Positions 11,166-24,146 are shown, counted from the stretch's first letter. The stretch: 64,000 bases of DNA from Patiria miniata (GCF_015706575.1 NW_024037061.1:979897-1043896), one strand, 5' to 3'. The notes: generated by a model from the letters alone, not told the origin. Numbers and translations: made by a program.

Positions 11166-12129
11166 GGCATTTGTCATTTGAGTTTTAATAATCATCTGTT
11201 TGTTAGACCATGGAGGAATTCCTCCATGGTTAGACACAAACAGGTCCACTTTGTTGTAAACATGACCTTCCCCTTCCACCAGACTGGCCATGGCCCTGCA
11301 GGAACAATCTGGAACATCCCTGGGGGGGGGGGGGGGTGGCAAAATCTGGTTGGTTGATCAGCTTTGAAAGGTCTGAACAAAATGTCTGTATTTTGCACAC
11401 CAAAGCAGTCTGAACTTAGGGTCCATAAAAAGTTCATGTGCAATACCTGTACAAATGCATAATACCGGTACTTTTGTACCAGTACAAAGCATGTCTAGCA
11501 TACATTGTACATAGAATTAATAGTCACATTTATCATGGAAAGAGGCTATTGGGCTCCACACAACCCAACCGTAAGGACACAACCCTCACTGTAAATTTAA
11601 AGGCCATGCTACATTGCACCTGTACCTGTGCATGACAGATCTACATGTGTACATTGTACTTATACATTAGCCCCTTTCTTTCCAATTCATGAACTTGGTG
11701 AACTATTTTTTAGGAAACGCCCACAACCACCATTGTTGACTACAATGCATCGGTGACTTGAATCTGAACAATTGTTCGTTTTTGGCAGGGTTTTTGGGGT
11801 AAAATAACAAATGGTTGAATGCATCTGTGAACTGAATCTCAACAATTGTTCGGTTTGGGTTTTTTTCCCTCGGTAAAGTGAGAAACGGATACAAAATATA
11901 ACTAAAAATGGGAAGTGATTGCTTTTCTCATACAAACAGTATTTTTCTCGATTGGTTGTTCATGTACAATCTTTTCCTACTGCCTACTGAAATTTTTGAG
12001 TCAAATTTTGTCACTTTTATGCCTTGTGTAAAACAAGATGAAATGATTAGGGCCTAACAGTAAAGTTGCATTTCCCTGCGATATTTTCGAGTTCCCCCCG
12101 AAAAATTAGTCTACCGGTGTACAGTACAA

Positions 12130-12390
12130 TGAATTGCGTAGCAAGAGTCTATGATATGTGAGCTGATTCGATGATTAATTACGCAAAAATGACTGTGTCT
12201 TTGCCATGACAATCTGACCATTCAGCGGGCGCTTTCTATATCGGGTCTCGTCATCTGTTATATAACCTAGACACGGCATCTAGTGGTTTTTTTACATTGT
12301 GAATTGAGATAAAAGTCTGTGGTCACGTGCTCTGTAACGATATGTTACGCGATACGCCGAGCAAAAATAGAGCCGGCCAATGATGGTCAT
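12130..12390. repeat. Interspersed repeat (..gcaagagtctatgatatgtgagctgattcgatgattaattacgcaaaa..ctgaccattcag..); second copy at 36670-36840
   Basis: About 170 bp of homology between the two loci. Confidence 0.6.
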
Positions 12391-14139
12391 TTCTACCATG
12401 TACATGTAGATCTACTGTATGCGCGCCCGGCCATTTTTGTGCATCAGAATCGGCCCACATAACAACACATTACACTAGACACCACCTTACACTAGGGGGC
12501 GCTGTTCATATACTTGCGCTTATATCAAAATGGCGCATTTTAAGCTTTTGTACTTTTTTCTCCATTTTCCAGTGCTACATGAAAATTGTTTGGTTCTTTA
12601 GAAAAAAATAGTTCGCAATGCGCATTTTGTTGTTTCTCATGTGCGATTATGATTCAATAGCCCATGCCCCCCATGGTCAAAAAGTGTGTGGGGGGGGGGG
12701 ATATATACTCCATCCCCCCCCCCCCCCCCCCCACCCACCCCACCCCGGAGATTTATGCCCCGGGTCAGGGAACCAGCCTACAGGACAATTTTGTTTTTTT
12801 TCCAGCATCTACGAACACAAAACTTCAAACAAGTCAGTGTACTGTAACAATATTTGCTATAAAATACTTTCCCCCCCCAAAAAAAAAAATCATCAATTTC
12901 TTAAAATTACAGCAAAAGCAAATTTGTTACATTTGCACCTTTAAACCTGTCCTGCCATTTTACCAGGGTCTGGACTTGTCAAACTGAATTAGGAATTAAA
13001 TTACATGTAGAAGAGGTCATGTGGCCTTTTACAGAAAATACAACCTCATCTAACCAATTTAGGCCAAACAAAATAAATGGGGTGTTTACGGTAACAGCCT
13101 GAAAAAAATCAAGGCACCGGTCGGTAAGGAAATAATTGTATTTTGTCATTTTTTTTCATCCCAGTTCTTGCCTGTTCTTTTGCAATGCTTGAGACTCAAC
13201 CATGTACATTGTTCATGTACTTTTTGGGGGCAAAATGGCAATAAAAAGTTTGAGGTCGGCAATTTGGCCACAAAAATTTCAGGGTTACGGTAAACACACA
13301 ATTTTGTTGTTTGGCCTTACAGTAAGTAAACATACATATTGTACATGTTGTATATTGTACAAGTACATAGTACATGAAGCATCCCATATTGAAGCATATT
13401 GTCAAGAAATAATACATAATTTACAATAAAGATCCCAGAAAAAAATAAACAGTTGCCTTATGTTATTAATAAACTGTACCAGTTCATGTTACGAATGTAG
13501 CTGTTTGACAAGTGTAAAAGGGTCCTCATGCTAATATTCTCCAATAAAGAAAACAAATCATTTCATTTACATACATGTACATCGATTGCACCCAAGTCGT
13601 TCAAATTTTATAAATGTCTACATTTTGTAAGTCTGTGGCAATACCGGTATATATTGACACTTCATCTTGATGTGGAGTCTTAATTGATGCAAATATCCTG
13701 TTGTCATGGAAACTGACTCAGATGCTCCACAAGGTCCTCTGTGTGTTAATTATTTTGTGTGGTCAAATTGCATGTCTCTGTATTAATAACGCCGTTCGGC
13801 CGGATTCCAGCTATTCCCATGGCAACATTTCACTTTATTTCTTGAGGCACACATGTTCACAGAGGTGGAAAGATTCAAGCGTTGCTACGGGAGCAATGAC
13901 TCTCGTTAGATTGCCGACGTCAACATTTTCTTGAGTTGCTACCAAAATTGAACTAGTTTACTGTGATGTACTCAAAAAAACATGGCAGTTTAAGTTGAAA
14001 AATTAGTTTTGAGATATTTTTGGCAACAGCACATTTAGAGAGCAAGTTTTTTTTTTGTAAAGAAGGCCGGTGGGGGGGGGGGGGGGGGGGTGGAGGGGCA
14101 CATATACATGTAGTACACACAGGAATATATGTACACCCC

Positions 14140-14525
14140 CGTTTGTTTATGGTGTAAATCGAGGATTTTCAATTGTTCCTCTTCCCTTTTCCTTTGTTTA
14201 CAGCTCTCATTGGTTTTGTACACGTTTTCTAATTGAGGTTGTCCTCGATTTGGTTCCTGTCCTCCATTCAGTGACGATGTTGCACATGTGTGTCCTCGAT
14301 TTACACCATAAACATGATAAACATGCACACACATGTTTGTTTATGGTGTGAATCCAGTTTTTTCTTTTGTTCCTCTTCCCTTTTCCTTTGTTTGTACTTT
14401 AACTTTTTCGCAACAGCTCTCATTGGTTTTGTACATATTTTCCAACTGACGAGTCCTCGATTTAGTTTGTGTCCTCGGTTCATCGATGATGTTGCACGTG
14501 TGTGTCCTCGGTTTACACCATATAC
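14140..14525. mobile_element. Two tandem copies of the same MITE (TIR GTTTGTTTATGGTGTAAATCGAGGA)
   Basis: Copy 1 at about 14140-14330, copy 2 at about 14331-14525. Both have complete TIRs. Confidence 0.75.
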
Positions 14526-15029
14526 AAACTCATCCAGTCTTGTTCCCTAATTGTGGTCACAAACACTTGTCGCTGCAAGGTATTTGTGGGGACCTAAAAC
14601 GCTGTGGGGACAGCAGAAAGTCCCCATAACTCGGTCCTAATTTGCCTAACAATAACAAACTTCCCCATAATGTGGTGTAGGCCTACCCATATACATTTTG
14701 TACTACATACATGACATACATGTATACGTTGTATATACTTTTATTTTGCCCAATGGAATTTTTGGAATAATAGCTGGCTAAAGAGCGAGTAAAGTTGGCC
14801 TGATTTAGTTGTAGTCGAGTAAATTGGCCACATTGTAATCAAACTACATGTATCTAACCTCTTCATTCGTCATATGTCATGTACATGTATGTTGGTAAAT
14901 CAAATTAAAAACCTTGTATGCATTTGCAATGATACTCACTAGGCCTACGCTAATAATAATAACAATAATAATAAAAGTGGGTATTTATAAAGCGCACGTA
15001 CATGTATCCACCAGGACTGGTGCTCAAGG

Positions 15030-15345
15030 CGCTACATAGTTATTACCCCTGCTCATTGGGCCCATGAAACATTCGAAATACCATCTCAGCTCCCTGGGGA
15101 GTATACAGCTCGATGCAGCCTGTTAGGCGCAAGGAAGCTAATTCAATCACAATAACCATCTCTGCCCTCACAGGTACCCATTTACTCATGGGTGGGGAGA
15201 AGTAATGAGTGACAAAGTGCCTTGCCCATGGGCACACACACCATAGCCACAGGCTGAACTCGAACCCACAACCTGCAGCTTTAACCGCAGACCACGAATC
15301 CAATGCCCTTAACCACCATGCAACACCCATTAAAAAAACAGCTGC
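15030..15345 (-). mobile_element. SINE family B-related copy, reverse orientation
   Basis: The reverse complement contains gtgccttgcccatgggcacac and a B-box-like tgaactcgaacccacaacc. Confidence 0.5.
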
Positions 15346-15609
15346 TGCACATGGGAATTCAATTAGTGAGAGAAATAGGAAAAACAAATAGTGACTTTAA
15401 TTAGCTTGAGTTACTCCAGCTGACATGCTCATCAGGAATTCACATCTAACGCTGGAGACAGAACTGTATTTAAGTAAGATCATAAGAAACCCTAAAAAAA
15501 AACGGCCTCCACAAAATGGTCCTTTTCCCCTCTCTATTATCCCAACCCAGATGCCATTTACCATGCAGCAGTCATTCACAAATGATAGACTTAATGATCG
15601 ACTTAAAAC

Positions 15610-15790
15610 AGAACAAGTTCTACGCTTTCATTGAAAACATTTTCAGTTCGAACTCCCCGCGTGCCGTTTGCTGTCGCTTGCTGCTGCCGCAGCAGCGTGC
15701 TAGGTGTGCATGCACGCGCGTGCGTAATCTTCATACGGGGAGTTCGTACTGAAAATTTGTTCAACGAAAGCGTGGGATTGCAGTTTATTT
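15610..15790. repeat. Foldback or hairpin of about 180 bp (ttcagttcgaactccccg / cggggagttcgtactgaa)
   Basis: Inverted repeat visible directly. Confidence 0.6.
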
Positions 15791-16535
15791 TTGGTAAACA
15801 CGCCACCTGCAGACATAGGCCTAGGCCTATTTGCCATTCAAAACCAGCGCAGCTCGCAGGCCATGCAGGCACAATTCTGGACACAATATGTAACTGTGTA
15901 AGCGACATTTCAGCTTCCTCCGTCAGGTAAAAATATGAAAAAAATGTGTTTTATTATTTTTCGCTATGGCAGGAGAGATTCCTACCCTGGACTCTATTGC
16001 GTGTACACAACGGAGTCCAACCTGGGCTATATTATTATTGAATCACGAATGATAATTTGTACACGTAATTTTTCGTGCCCTGGCCAGTTTTCAACATGGC
16101 GCGGTGTCCACGAAATTTATGCTCCCATCAAATGTCAAAATATCAATTAACTACCTCGTTTTCTCTATTCTAAATCCATCCCAAAAAACTCAGGATTCAA
16201 ATGATACCTTTTCATGAAGATAAGTGGTCGCCCACTCTGCAAAACACCTGGAAAAATATCAGCAAAAAATCGACACACACCTCCGCTCCAGACCAGAATC
16301 GTCGTGTTGAAGCAATGTAGTCAACAGAGGGCGCTCGACTCAAAACATACTTGTAAGAATTAAACTTGGACAAGTCTGATGTTTTCTGTGAACTCTCATA
16401 TTTTTGGCTCAAAATGAATTTCTATTTTTATCTTTCTCCTATGCTGTGAAATCGTTACAATATTAGTAATAACAACAAAAATGTTGTCTTTTCAAGGAAT
16501 CTGCATGTTTCTAATTTAATGTCATATCACTTAAA

Positions 16536-17060
16536 GGGAATATACATCATTTGCTTTTTCTGTAATTTTCAGAAATGAATGGAGTTGGGGGGTTGGAAAT
16601 ATATAGCAAATATAGTTACACGGACTTTTTTGAGGTTTTGGGTTCGAAAATGCTATAAAAACCAAGAAAAACAATCATTTTCCTGTAGTCTGGCTCCCTG
16701 ACTCCATTTAAGAAGAAAAAGAGCAGTTTACATATATTGGGGAATTGTAAGGTCAGGGAGCCAGTCTAGCTGGCTTGTACCCGTTCATAGGTGTGTAATC
16801 GATTGCAAACAAGTGCGATGGTCAACTGGGGCCAGTATTTGAAAAAAAGCCAGTTTTTTCCAATGCTGATCGGCCGATCAGCGTTGGAAATTGGTACAAA
16901 AATACCACTTTTCTTGAAAATGACAGTATACCAGGTGCCATGATTTTACAGGATGCTTTACACTGTCATTCACTAACAGTCCAGCAAGGTATTTCAAAAT
17001 GATTTGGTAGTTTTATTTTTTGATGTTTGCAAATGTTGTATTTTCCCTTTAACTTTGGAC
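16536..17060. mobile_element. TTAA-flanked MITE family 2, TIR AGGGAAtATACAtCATTTGC
   Basis: TIRs with flanking TTAA. Internal palindrome ccaatgctgatcggccgatcagcgttgg. Partial copies lie at 58140-58340 and 60170-60390. Confidence 0.65.
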
Positions 17061-17394
17061 TGATGCAAGTTTAATAAGTCATTGGGTGAAGTCTAAAAAT
17101 AGAGTTTACGTTATTATTTACTGTCTAAAATTAGATGGTCATGAGCACTGATCTCCATATACACAGGCTGAACTTGCTAGTTCTAGTTCCACACAAACAC
17201 GACAAGGAAACGATCCTGTTCCGGCTAAATCGGACAGCTATCTTTTCCACAATTGAACTTGAAGTGATCGGATGTGCGGCTGCATAAAAAGGACAGGTAA
17301 ATGCCGTTTTGTTGAATTTTTCCGGGTGTGTTTTGGTTGGTTGTAAGTTGTAATGATCGTAATTCGTATATGCTGATATGCGGGGCCTGCTGAA

Positions 17395-17420
17395 GTGAAG
17401 GGGCCGGGAGGGGGCGTGGA
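17395..17420 (+). promoter_or_regulatory. GC box (ggggccgggagggggcgtgg) about 500 bp upstream of the PARP4 ATG; candidate core promoter element
   Basis: Sp1-like GGGGCGTGG motif in otherwise AT-rich DNA. A possible non-coding first exon with donor gacag|gtaaat lies near 17290. Confidence 0.25.
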
Positions 17421-17924
17421 CATCTGTTACTTCTATTTTTTTTTTTTTTTCACATTGGCTTACTGTCTAGCTCCCAGCTACATGTATTAGCCCCATAAAT
17501 GTGGCCAATTTACTGGACTACCTCCGTAAATAAAGGCCACACTTCCACCATGTACAAAAATATGTCGAACTTTGTCAAATTTTGATTTTCACATTAGGCT
17601 TAGTTTGTACTTGTAGGCCCTAGTTTATTTTGCTTTAGAAGCATACTCGCCCTCTTAAATTATAGGCTAATCAGAAAGTGCTGCCTTTTTCAGATGTCTG
17701 TTTTTCGTGAAATTTCCCGATTCGTTTGCACACGTTTGCGTATCAAAATTTCATCAGGAAATTTCACGAAAATTTCTATATTTTAGCATATTATAGCATA
17801 TAATATGCTATAATTTGTCTTCAACTTGACCAATACAAACCATGAAAAGAAAGTCTGTAAAATTTTTAATAATTGATGAAATTTTCATCTTCCCTCCCTC
17901 CCCCCCCCCCCCCTCCAGAAGAGG

Positions 17925-18056
17925 ATGGGCATTTTCAGTAACTGCCAGATATCTCTGGATCTCGATGCAATCCAAGTCCCTTTCAAAAAGAAACAACTTC
18001 TTAGGAAACAGGTGACCAGCAATGGAGGAGTCATCTCTTATATACTCACCAAGAAG
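17925..18056 (+). CDS. PARP4: PARP4 exon 1 with start codon; MGIFSNCQISLDLDAIQVPFKKKQLLRKQVTSNGGVISYILTKK
   Basis: Matches the human PARP4 N-terminus MVMGIFANCIFCLKV...QQQKKKLQ (BRCT start). First in-frame ATG after the stop at 17877. An acceptor-like cag at 17918 suggests an upstream non-coding exon. Donor GTAAGT. Confidence 0.8.
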
Positions 18057-18200
18057 GTAAGTCAGGGCGCCAGACTGTATTGACACAGTGACGAGTGGAT
18101 ATGTTTGGCATGATCAACGGATCTGCACTATCGTGATCTGCCGTCGACCGCACTTAAAATGGGTCATTAGTGAATCATTTTTGCTCACATTTTCTCCCAG

Positions 18201-18399
18201 ACCACATATCTCGTTGCCAGCAATGGGCCGAAGACCGCCGACTCCTACAAGGGCCGTACGGCCCAGAAGCAAGGGGTACCGATCGTCAGTGTGAGTTTCA
18301 TCGAGAGATGCGTGGAGGAGGGAAAGCTGCTGGATCATGATGACTTCCTGCTGGTGGGCAAGACTACAAGCATGCAGTTCAGCTCTGGTAAAATCACAA
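18201..18399 (+). CDS. PARP4: PARP4 exon 2 (BRCT domain)
   Basis: Acceptor tttctcccag, donor GTAAGT. Translation TTYLVASNGPKTADSYKGRTAQKQGVPIVSVSFIERCVEEGKLLDHDDFLLVGK is BRCT-like. Phase 0 to 1. Confidence 0.8.
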
Positions 18400-18881
18400 G
18401 TAAGTATGCGTTCTCTATGGGCTCTGTGCACATTTTTAATGCACTACTAGTCTTGGTTGCAGCCTTAGAGTCTAAATTCCTGGCAAGCAGGGTTATAAGC
18501 CACCAATGAATCAAATCCAGTCTACTCTTGGTAACTTCTCATACCCGAGAAACTCTTAGCTTACCACATATGCATGCATACATTGAATACAACACGCATG
18601 AGGTATGATCAGCATTTTTAGGGTCTATGCGCCAAAGTTCCCAAGATTGGATGTGATATGGTTAACTGGCGTTTGACTAAATTCTGGTTGAAACCAGGAT
18701 TTTCAATGTTGTTGGCTAAGTCGACTTTGGGACCAGACTACTGCGATAGGTCACATCGCTGGTTACTTGTACCAATAGTTTTGCTCATCTTAATTTATAA
18801 CAGGGAGCAAGACCCCCTCACCCCCATCCCCCCCCCCCCCCTCTTCAAATAATTGTACTGAATTTGACTGTTTGCCAATAG

Positions 18882-18948
18882 GTACTAAGACACAACAAGA
18901 GCCAAAGAAGCAAATGAAAGTGTCCTCCTTCAACATCAACAAGTTCAA
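18882..18948 (+). CDS. PARP4: PARP4 exon 3
   Basis: Acceptor tttgccaatag, donor GTGAGT. Phase 1 to 2. Encodes STKTQQEPKKQMKVSSFNINKF. Confidence 0.7.
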
Positions 18949-19318
18949 GTGAGTTTAGACCTTCATTTAACCAAGCAAGTTTCAAGTATAGTGCCAGGGT
19001 TTAAAATTCTGATGTCAGTTCCTTATAAGCTCCAACAAAAAGATGACAGTTAATCTTAAAGCTGTTGATTGAGGAACTGACAATTTTTTTTACAACTATT
19101 TATCACATTATATCCTTTATATTTTATTACCTCAAGACATGCCAGATAAACACAATTGAGAAAGATATTCTTTTAGGCATAACCTAAACAGCATGCCTGC
19201 ATTCAGCGTGGACAACCTTCATAAGTCTTCGTTCGCGAAGCCAAGCCATGATGATGAAACAAAGTTTTACGAAGTCAATACCATGTTTCATTTATTTAGT
19301 TATCTAAGACAATGTCGG

Positions 19319-19560
19319 GGAGTGTGGCCTAGTGGTTAGGGTTCATGACTCATATCAGAGAGTCAGGGGTTCAAATCCAGCTGCTGACCATATGTTGTGT
19401 CCATGGGCAAGCCACTTCACCTCAACTTGCCTCTTTCCACCAGGGAATATAAATGGGTACCGGCATTAGCTTGGGAGCAACCTGCGATGGACTGGCATCC
19501 CATCCAGGGGGATTAGAAATATTCTCAGTCGTTTCATACCAAGCAAAACGGAGATAAATG
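19319..19560 (+). mobile_element. SINE family B copy (PARP4 intron 3)
   Basis: gtgtggcctagtggttagggttcatgactc..ggggttcaaatccagctgctgaccatatgttgtgtccatgggcaagccacttcacc.. Confidence 0.7.
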
Positions 19561-19656
19561 CCTGATTGACCTAATTGGCTCGTGATGGACTTCATGTTTT
19601 ACTTTACTAAGACAAGGAGCCAAGTTTTTTAAAAGATGACTTTCTTTCCTACTTAG

Positions 19657-19735
19657 GGTCTGGCCATGGGGAAGCATTGATGCACCCGCTTATCCAGAGG
19701 AAAAGTATGAAGTTGCGAAGAGTGTTCTTCTTCAG
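19657..19735 (+). CDS. PARP4: PARP4 exon 4
   Basis: Acceptor ctttcctacttag, donor GTGAAC. Phase 2 to 0. Encodes KVWPWGSIDAPAYPEEKYEVAKSVLLQ. Confidence 0.7.
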
Positions 19736-20266
19736 GTGAACAAAATTAATTCTTATTTCTGCGTTATGAATGTTCACACCTCACACAAATTGGGGTCTAA
19801 AAATTTGTCGTGATATAAGAAGCAAGTGCCTTAATCAAACTTATTTCATTAACGTCATGGCATAATTGACCTATCACCGTTTTTGAGTTGGCCACGCCCC
19901 TTTGACAACCCTATGGAATTTTTGACTGCTAAGTTTTGTTTGTTTCAGATGTTGCGCATTTCGCGCCATTTGTATATCATGTAATTGGACAAAATTTCAC
20001 CAGCTGCGTTGACGTGATTCTAACGCGATAGGTCAATTACCTTCATTCTAGCTTTCAAGTTTGAACAGACTCATGATGACATCAGTATCTGAAGTTTCAT
20101 TGAGACATTTGCCCTCGAGACATTTGCCCTCGAGACATTTGCCATTGAGACATTTGCCAGAATTCATTCACTTTAACCAAAAATTAAACTGGAACGTTCA
20201 GAGAGAATATTTGAAAGAGACATTTAGAGCAAGCATTTTGACAAGTTGTTTTGATTTTTTTTCTAG

Positions 20267-20428
20267 AAAACGGACGTCAGGAGCAAAGATCGAATCTTCT
20301 ACCAACTGGAGTTGCACGTGGTGCCCGATGACGTCTTCAACCTCGCTAGGAGCTCGGAAGACACCGAGCCGGAGATTGCGTACACATTCCGGGTCTTTAC
20401 TCATCGTGGTGTACTGGACAACATCATG
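20267..20428 (+). CDS. PARP4: PARP4 exon 5
   Basis: Acceptor ttttttctag, donor GTAGGT. Phase 0 to 0. Encodes KTDVRSKDRIFYQLELHVVPDDVFNLARSSEDTEPEIAYTFRVFTHRGVLDNIM. Confidence 0.75.
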
Positions 20429-20559
20429 GTAGGTTGCATGGGCATCCATGTGATGCATCAGCACCAAATGAACATGAATTCATTTTTTTTTAAAAGAATT
20501 TAACAATAAACCACACAGGAAAACTGATCAGCGTCCCTTAAACAAAGACACTTGACAAA

Positions 20560-20665
20560 ATGAGGAACCACCAACATAGGGCTGGATAGCTCAGTTGGTA
20601 GAGCACCGGAACGGCAATCCGGAGGTTGCAGGTTCAAATCCAGCTCCAGTCAATTGCTCTGTTCA
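20560..20665 (+). mobile_element. tRNA-derived SINE, family A copy (PARP4 intron 5)
   Basis: Same head (ggaaccaccaacatagggctggatagctcag...) and tail (ccagtcaattgctctgttcaacttcaacaaa) as the other copies. Confidence 0.7.
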
Positions 20666-21014
20666 ACTTCAACAAAAACAAAAAGTAAGAATTGAAATAT
20701 TTATATATTCTGCAGAGCAGGGGCTTTCTAATGGTAAAAACATTGGCAGTACTGAGTTCAGTAACTGAAATATAGACCGCCAACTTAAATTGAAGATGTA
20801 AAATTAATTTTTGAGAAAATGTCATTGTATAATACCAGAATACTACAGTTGTATTGAAGTGAATGGACATATAAATCAGGACGAAAAAGGTTTCCAAGAT
20901 CATTGATAGAAAATAGATTGTATCTTTCTTGAAAATGTCTTTACGACAATGTTTATTTCGGTGTTTTAATTGAAGAATTAAAAAAAATTGCCTCTTTTTT
21001 CTTCAACTTTTCAG

Positions 21015-21164
21015 GATGAAGACTCGGGAACAAGAGAGGTACGCTACTGCAGTACCAGCGAGGAAGCCTTAGAGCTTTACAGCTTCCTCTATCAACAGCA
21101 ACACAACATGAGTAGGAGCAAGAAAGTGGCATCGCGTTGGATCGGCTCGCCCAAATACAGACAG
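21015..21164 (+). CDS. PARP4: PARP4 exon 6
   Basis: Acceptor cttcaacttttcag, donor GTATGC. Phase 0 to 0. Encodes DEDSGTREVRYCSTSEEALELYSFLYQQQHNMSRSKKVASRWIGSPKYRQ. Confidence 0.75.
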
Positions 21165-22310
21165 GTATGCGACCTGAGAGAGTCTCAAGGCTTTAGTGAA
21201 AGGGTGTAACAACATTTTTAAAGAGAGTTTGGAGTGGGACTTTCTTCTTCGGCAATACACAAAGCTGGTTTATTTTGAACTTCTTTTGAAATCTTCTTTA
21301 GTAATGTCCCTGAGCAAACCTGTTTACCGCAAGAGAGGATGTTTCCATTACAGGTGGAGTGATGGTTCTGTCAGTCAGGGTTCGACTTGAGCGGTAGCCC
21401 ACTAGCCAAATGCTAGTCAAAACAGCGGCCGGCTAGTCAAACTATTCCCTAAGTAGCCCGGCTGGCGAGTCAAAAAATTACTGGGATACGACAAAGATGA
21501 AAGGACAGGAAGAAATCATTAAATTCAGAAAGCAAACCTGTATCAATTTTGATCTTTTTTTTCCCTTCAATATATTCTTCCTTACTTTTCTTTTGTATTA
21601 GTCACCCAAATCATTCGACCATTGGTTTTGATGTCACAAGGCTTAGAACGTGGTACCTTAATTTTGAGTTACTAAATGTCCCTCTTGGGCAACTGGAATC
21701 AGTCAACATTTTCAACCGCATCTTTGTAATTTTATGTCTGTGGGATATATAAGAATAGCTGAATGTGCTCTTTCTCAGGCAGATGAAAAAGTGGTAAATG
21801 AAAAAACAAAATGTCATCACTACTTGTTTTGTGAGAAAATCCTCACTTTTGTGATAAACCTGCAGATTGTATTCCCTATTAACCCTCCTGCTGTTTGAAC
21901 AGTCACGGACAGTCAAACATTCCATCCACTTCCCCTGCCATGCTTTTTATATAGGCTAGTCACAAGCAGTCAGATCATATTGTGAGCAGGCACTTTGACT
22001 AGTCAAATTCAGTCAACAGACAAAAGCAGGAAACTGGTGGGCGCGCGCAGCTGGCTTGTCAATCACCTACAGTCAAAGCATAGCTGTATCAAGCTACATA
22101 AACAGTCACAGCCAGTCAATCCTGCTTTATGTAGGCTGGGAGCTCTTAACTGTTGAAAATAGTCACTAGATTGATTTTGACTGAAAGGACAACTTAATGT
22201 ATGTTTGCATAGGAATGTTTTAATAGGCATAGACCATTCATTTTGATGGTTTATTGGCGAGATGATAAGGAGAAGCATTACACTCAAATTCCTTCTTCTC
22301 TTACGTCCAG

Positions 22311-22451
22311 ACCCAGCTGAGCATCGGGGAGCACGAGGACGATGAGATGAGCGGAGAAGTAGCATCCTTGGTGGCCAGTCTGTGGAAGGAGACACTTGGA
22401 GAGCTGGAAGACATCTTAGCTGTTGACGTCAAGACGCTCACCGCGGAAAAG
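22311..22451 (+). CDS. PARP4: PARP4 exon 7 (PARP regulatory helical region)
   Basis: Acceptor ttctcttacgtccag, donor GTAGGA. Phase 0 to 0. Encodes TQLSIGEHEDDEMSGEVASLVASLWKETLGELEDILAVDVKTLTAEK. Confidence 0.75.
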
Positions 22452-23120
22452 GTAGGACGAGATGTTATTACACTTCATTCATATTCATGAGCCAAATGTG
22501 CTTCCCTCATTGGTTGATGTTCCAATAGGTCAGGGAACTAAAATTAGCTAAGGGCCAAGGATGAGTTTTAGACAAGTTGTGGACATTGCATCAGGTTTAA
22601 GTTGCAAGATTCTGAACAACTTCTCCACAATCTTCCCGCAATGAAGTTGTCAGTATTGATGAGTCAAGCAGTTGCTATTGAAAATTTCCCCAGAACATGT
22701 CCGGACAAATGCAGAGGCTTCTTTCGGACAAAGTGACCCGCAACTTGTCCTGAACTGACCCTGGATATAAATTGAGACGAACCCTAACCAACACGGGCGT
22801 ACTATTGCCCAGCAAGTCGGTCGTACTAGGGAATTACTAGATAAGCTCCTAGACTCCCAACTATGTAATTTCAGTTGCAATGGCTAATGAAGTTGCTGGT
22901 GGTACCATACTAAAACCTTTATGACAGACGACACTTACATAGTAGCTAATCCGCCTGCGCACGACGCACATAATACCTCTCAACTTTTCCTTAGTTTAAG
23001 ATATTAGTAGCTAAAGATTAGCTCCTACACTCCCAACAATGCAATTGCAAATGAGGTTGCTGGTGGTACCATACTAAAAACTTCTTCATTTGTCTCATGT
23101 TTTTGTTTTTCTGTCGACAG

Positions 23121-23318
23121 ATTTCCAAAGCCGAGAGTATCCTCTTACAAATCAGAAAGGCCTTGGATTCCCGAAGCGATGGGGCTGATGACGACGAGCG
23201 AGAGATTAGCATTGCGGAACTGACCCAGGAGTTCTACAGTCAGATACCTCACAAGACCCAGCAGAGGAAAGACATCAGGACCAAGAGCCTGATTGCCAAA
23301 AAGCAAGAGCTATGCCAG
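23121..23318 (+). CDS. PARP4: PARP4 exon 8 (PARP regulatory region)
   Basis: Acceptor ttttctgtcgacag, donor GTGATT. Phase 0 to 0. Encodes ISKAESILLQIRKALDSRSDGADDDEREISIAELTQEFYSQIPHKTQQRKDIRTKSLIAKKQELCQ. Confidence 0.75.
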
Positions 23319-23334
23319 GTGATTGTCTTCATAA

Positions 23335-23550
23335 GCATTAACCCGAACAGTGCTCAACCCATCAAACCCCAATGTTTTGTTGGAATTTGTCAGGATGGGT
23401 ACAGTACCCCTAAACTGACAGTCTTTTACATTGGGTTGGCACACCTCCAGAATCACAGTCAGAAACATGTGTGTGCAGTTTCCCATATGGTGTTGGAATT
23501 TGCCAGGATGGGTATGGTTCCTAGTAAATCATGCTAGGGAGTTAGGGTTC
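23335..23550 (+). repeat. Interspersed repeat family C copy (aacccatcaaaccccaatgttttgttggaatttgtcaggatgggtacag...)
   Basis: About 200 bp, nearly identical to 39940-40145. Confidence 0.7.
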
Positions 23551-23559
23551 AAGTTGTGC

Positions 23560-23890
23560 TAGTTGTTAGGGTTTGTGGCTCATGATGAGGGGGTCAGGGG
23601 TTCGAATTCCAGCTGCTGGCCATATGTTGTGTCCTTGGGCAAGCCACTTCACCTCCACTTGCCTCTCTCCACCCAGGAGTATAAATGGGTACCGGTATCA
23701 GCTGGGGAGTAACCTGCGATGGACTAGCTTCCCATCCAGGGAGGAATAGAAATCCAGCTGCTGGACATATGTTGTGTCCTTGGGCAAGCCACTTTGCCCC
23801 CACTTGCCTCTCTCCACCAGGGAATCAAAATGAGTACCGGCATTAACTGGGCAGTAGCCTGCGATGGACTGGCGTCCCATCCAGGGGGAA
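23560..23890 (+). mobile_element. Cluster of two to three tandem or nested SINE family B copies (PARP4 intron 8)
   Basis: ggggttcgaattccagctgctggccatatgttgtgtccttgggcaagccacttcacc.. is repeated. Confidence 0.7.
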
Positions 23891-24146
23891 CAGAAGTTTT
23901 GGTCCTCAAAAATCAAGCTGTTCGAGTTCTATAACTCATACCAATTTACTCATATTTCTTTTCAAAAAACGAATAAATTTCCTTTCGTTGATCATGTGAT
24001 GATGTAACAATCCTTTCTTAGCTTTGTTATACAATGTACACTTTTTCCAAGTTGTAAATTTTACTAGGCCTACATGAATATATGTGAATACATTTTGAAC
24101 AAAAATTATCTCCCACCCCCCTTTCTCGACTTTTTTGTTGCTTTAG

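Noticed and set aside
12618-12987. Two overlapping ORFs of about 108 aa rich in P and G
   Set aside because: They are produced by G(n)/C(n) homopolymer blocks, with no splice context or similarity.
20578-20650. tRNA-like sequences (also 5281-5350, 28106-28175, 46300-46370) that could be called tRNA genes
   Set aside because: Acceptor and T stems pair poorly, and position 33 of the anticodon loop is C. All four copies share identical non-tRNA head and tail flanks, which is the signature of a tRNA-derived SINE rather than functional tRNA genes. tRNAscan-SE would settle it.
23097-23537. 146-aa ORF
   Set aside because: It is PARP4 exon 8 read through its GTGATT donor into intronic repeat-C sequence. 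The real exon ends at 23318.
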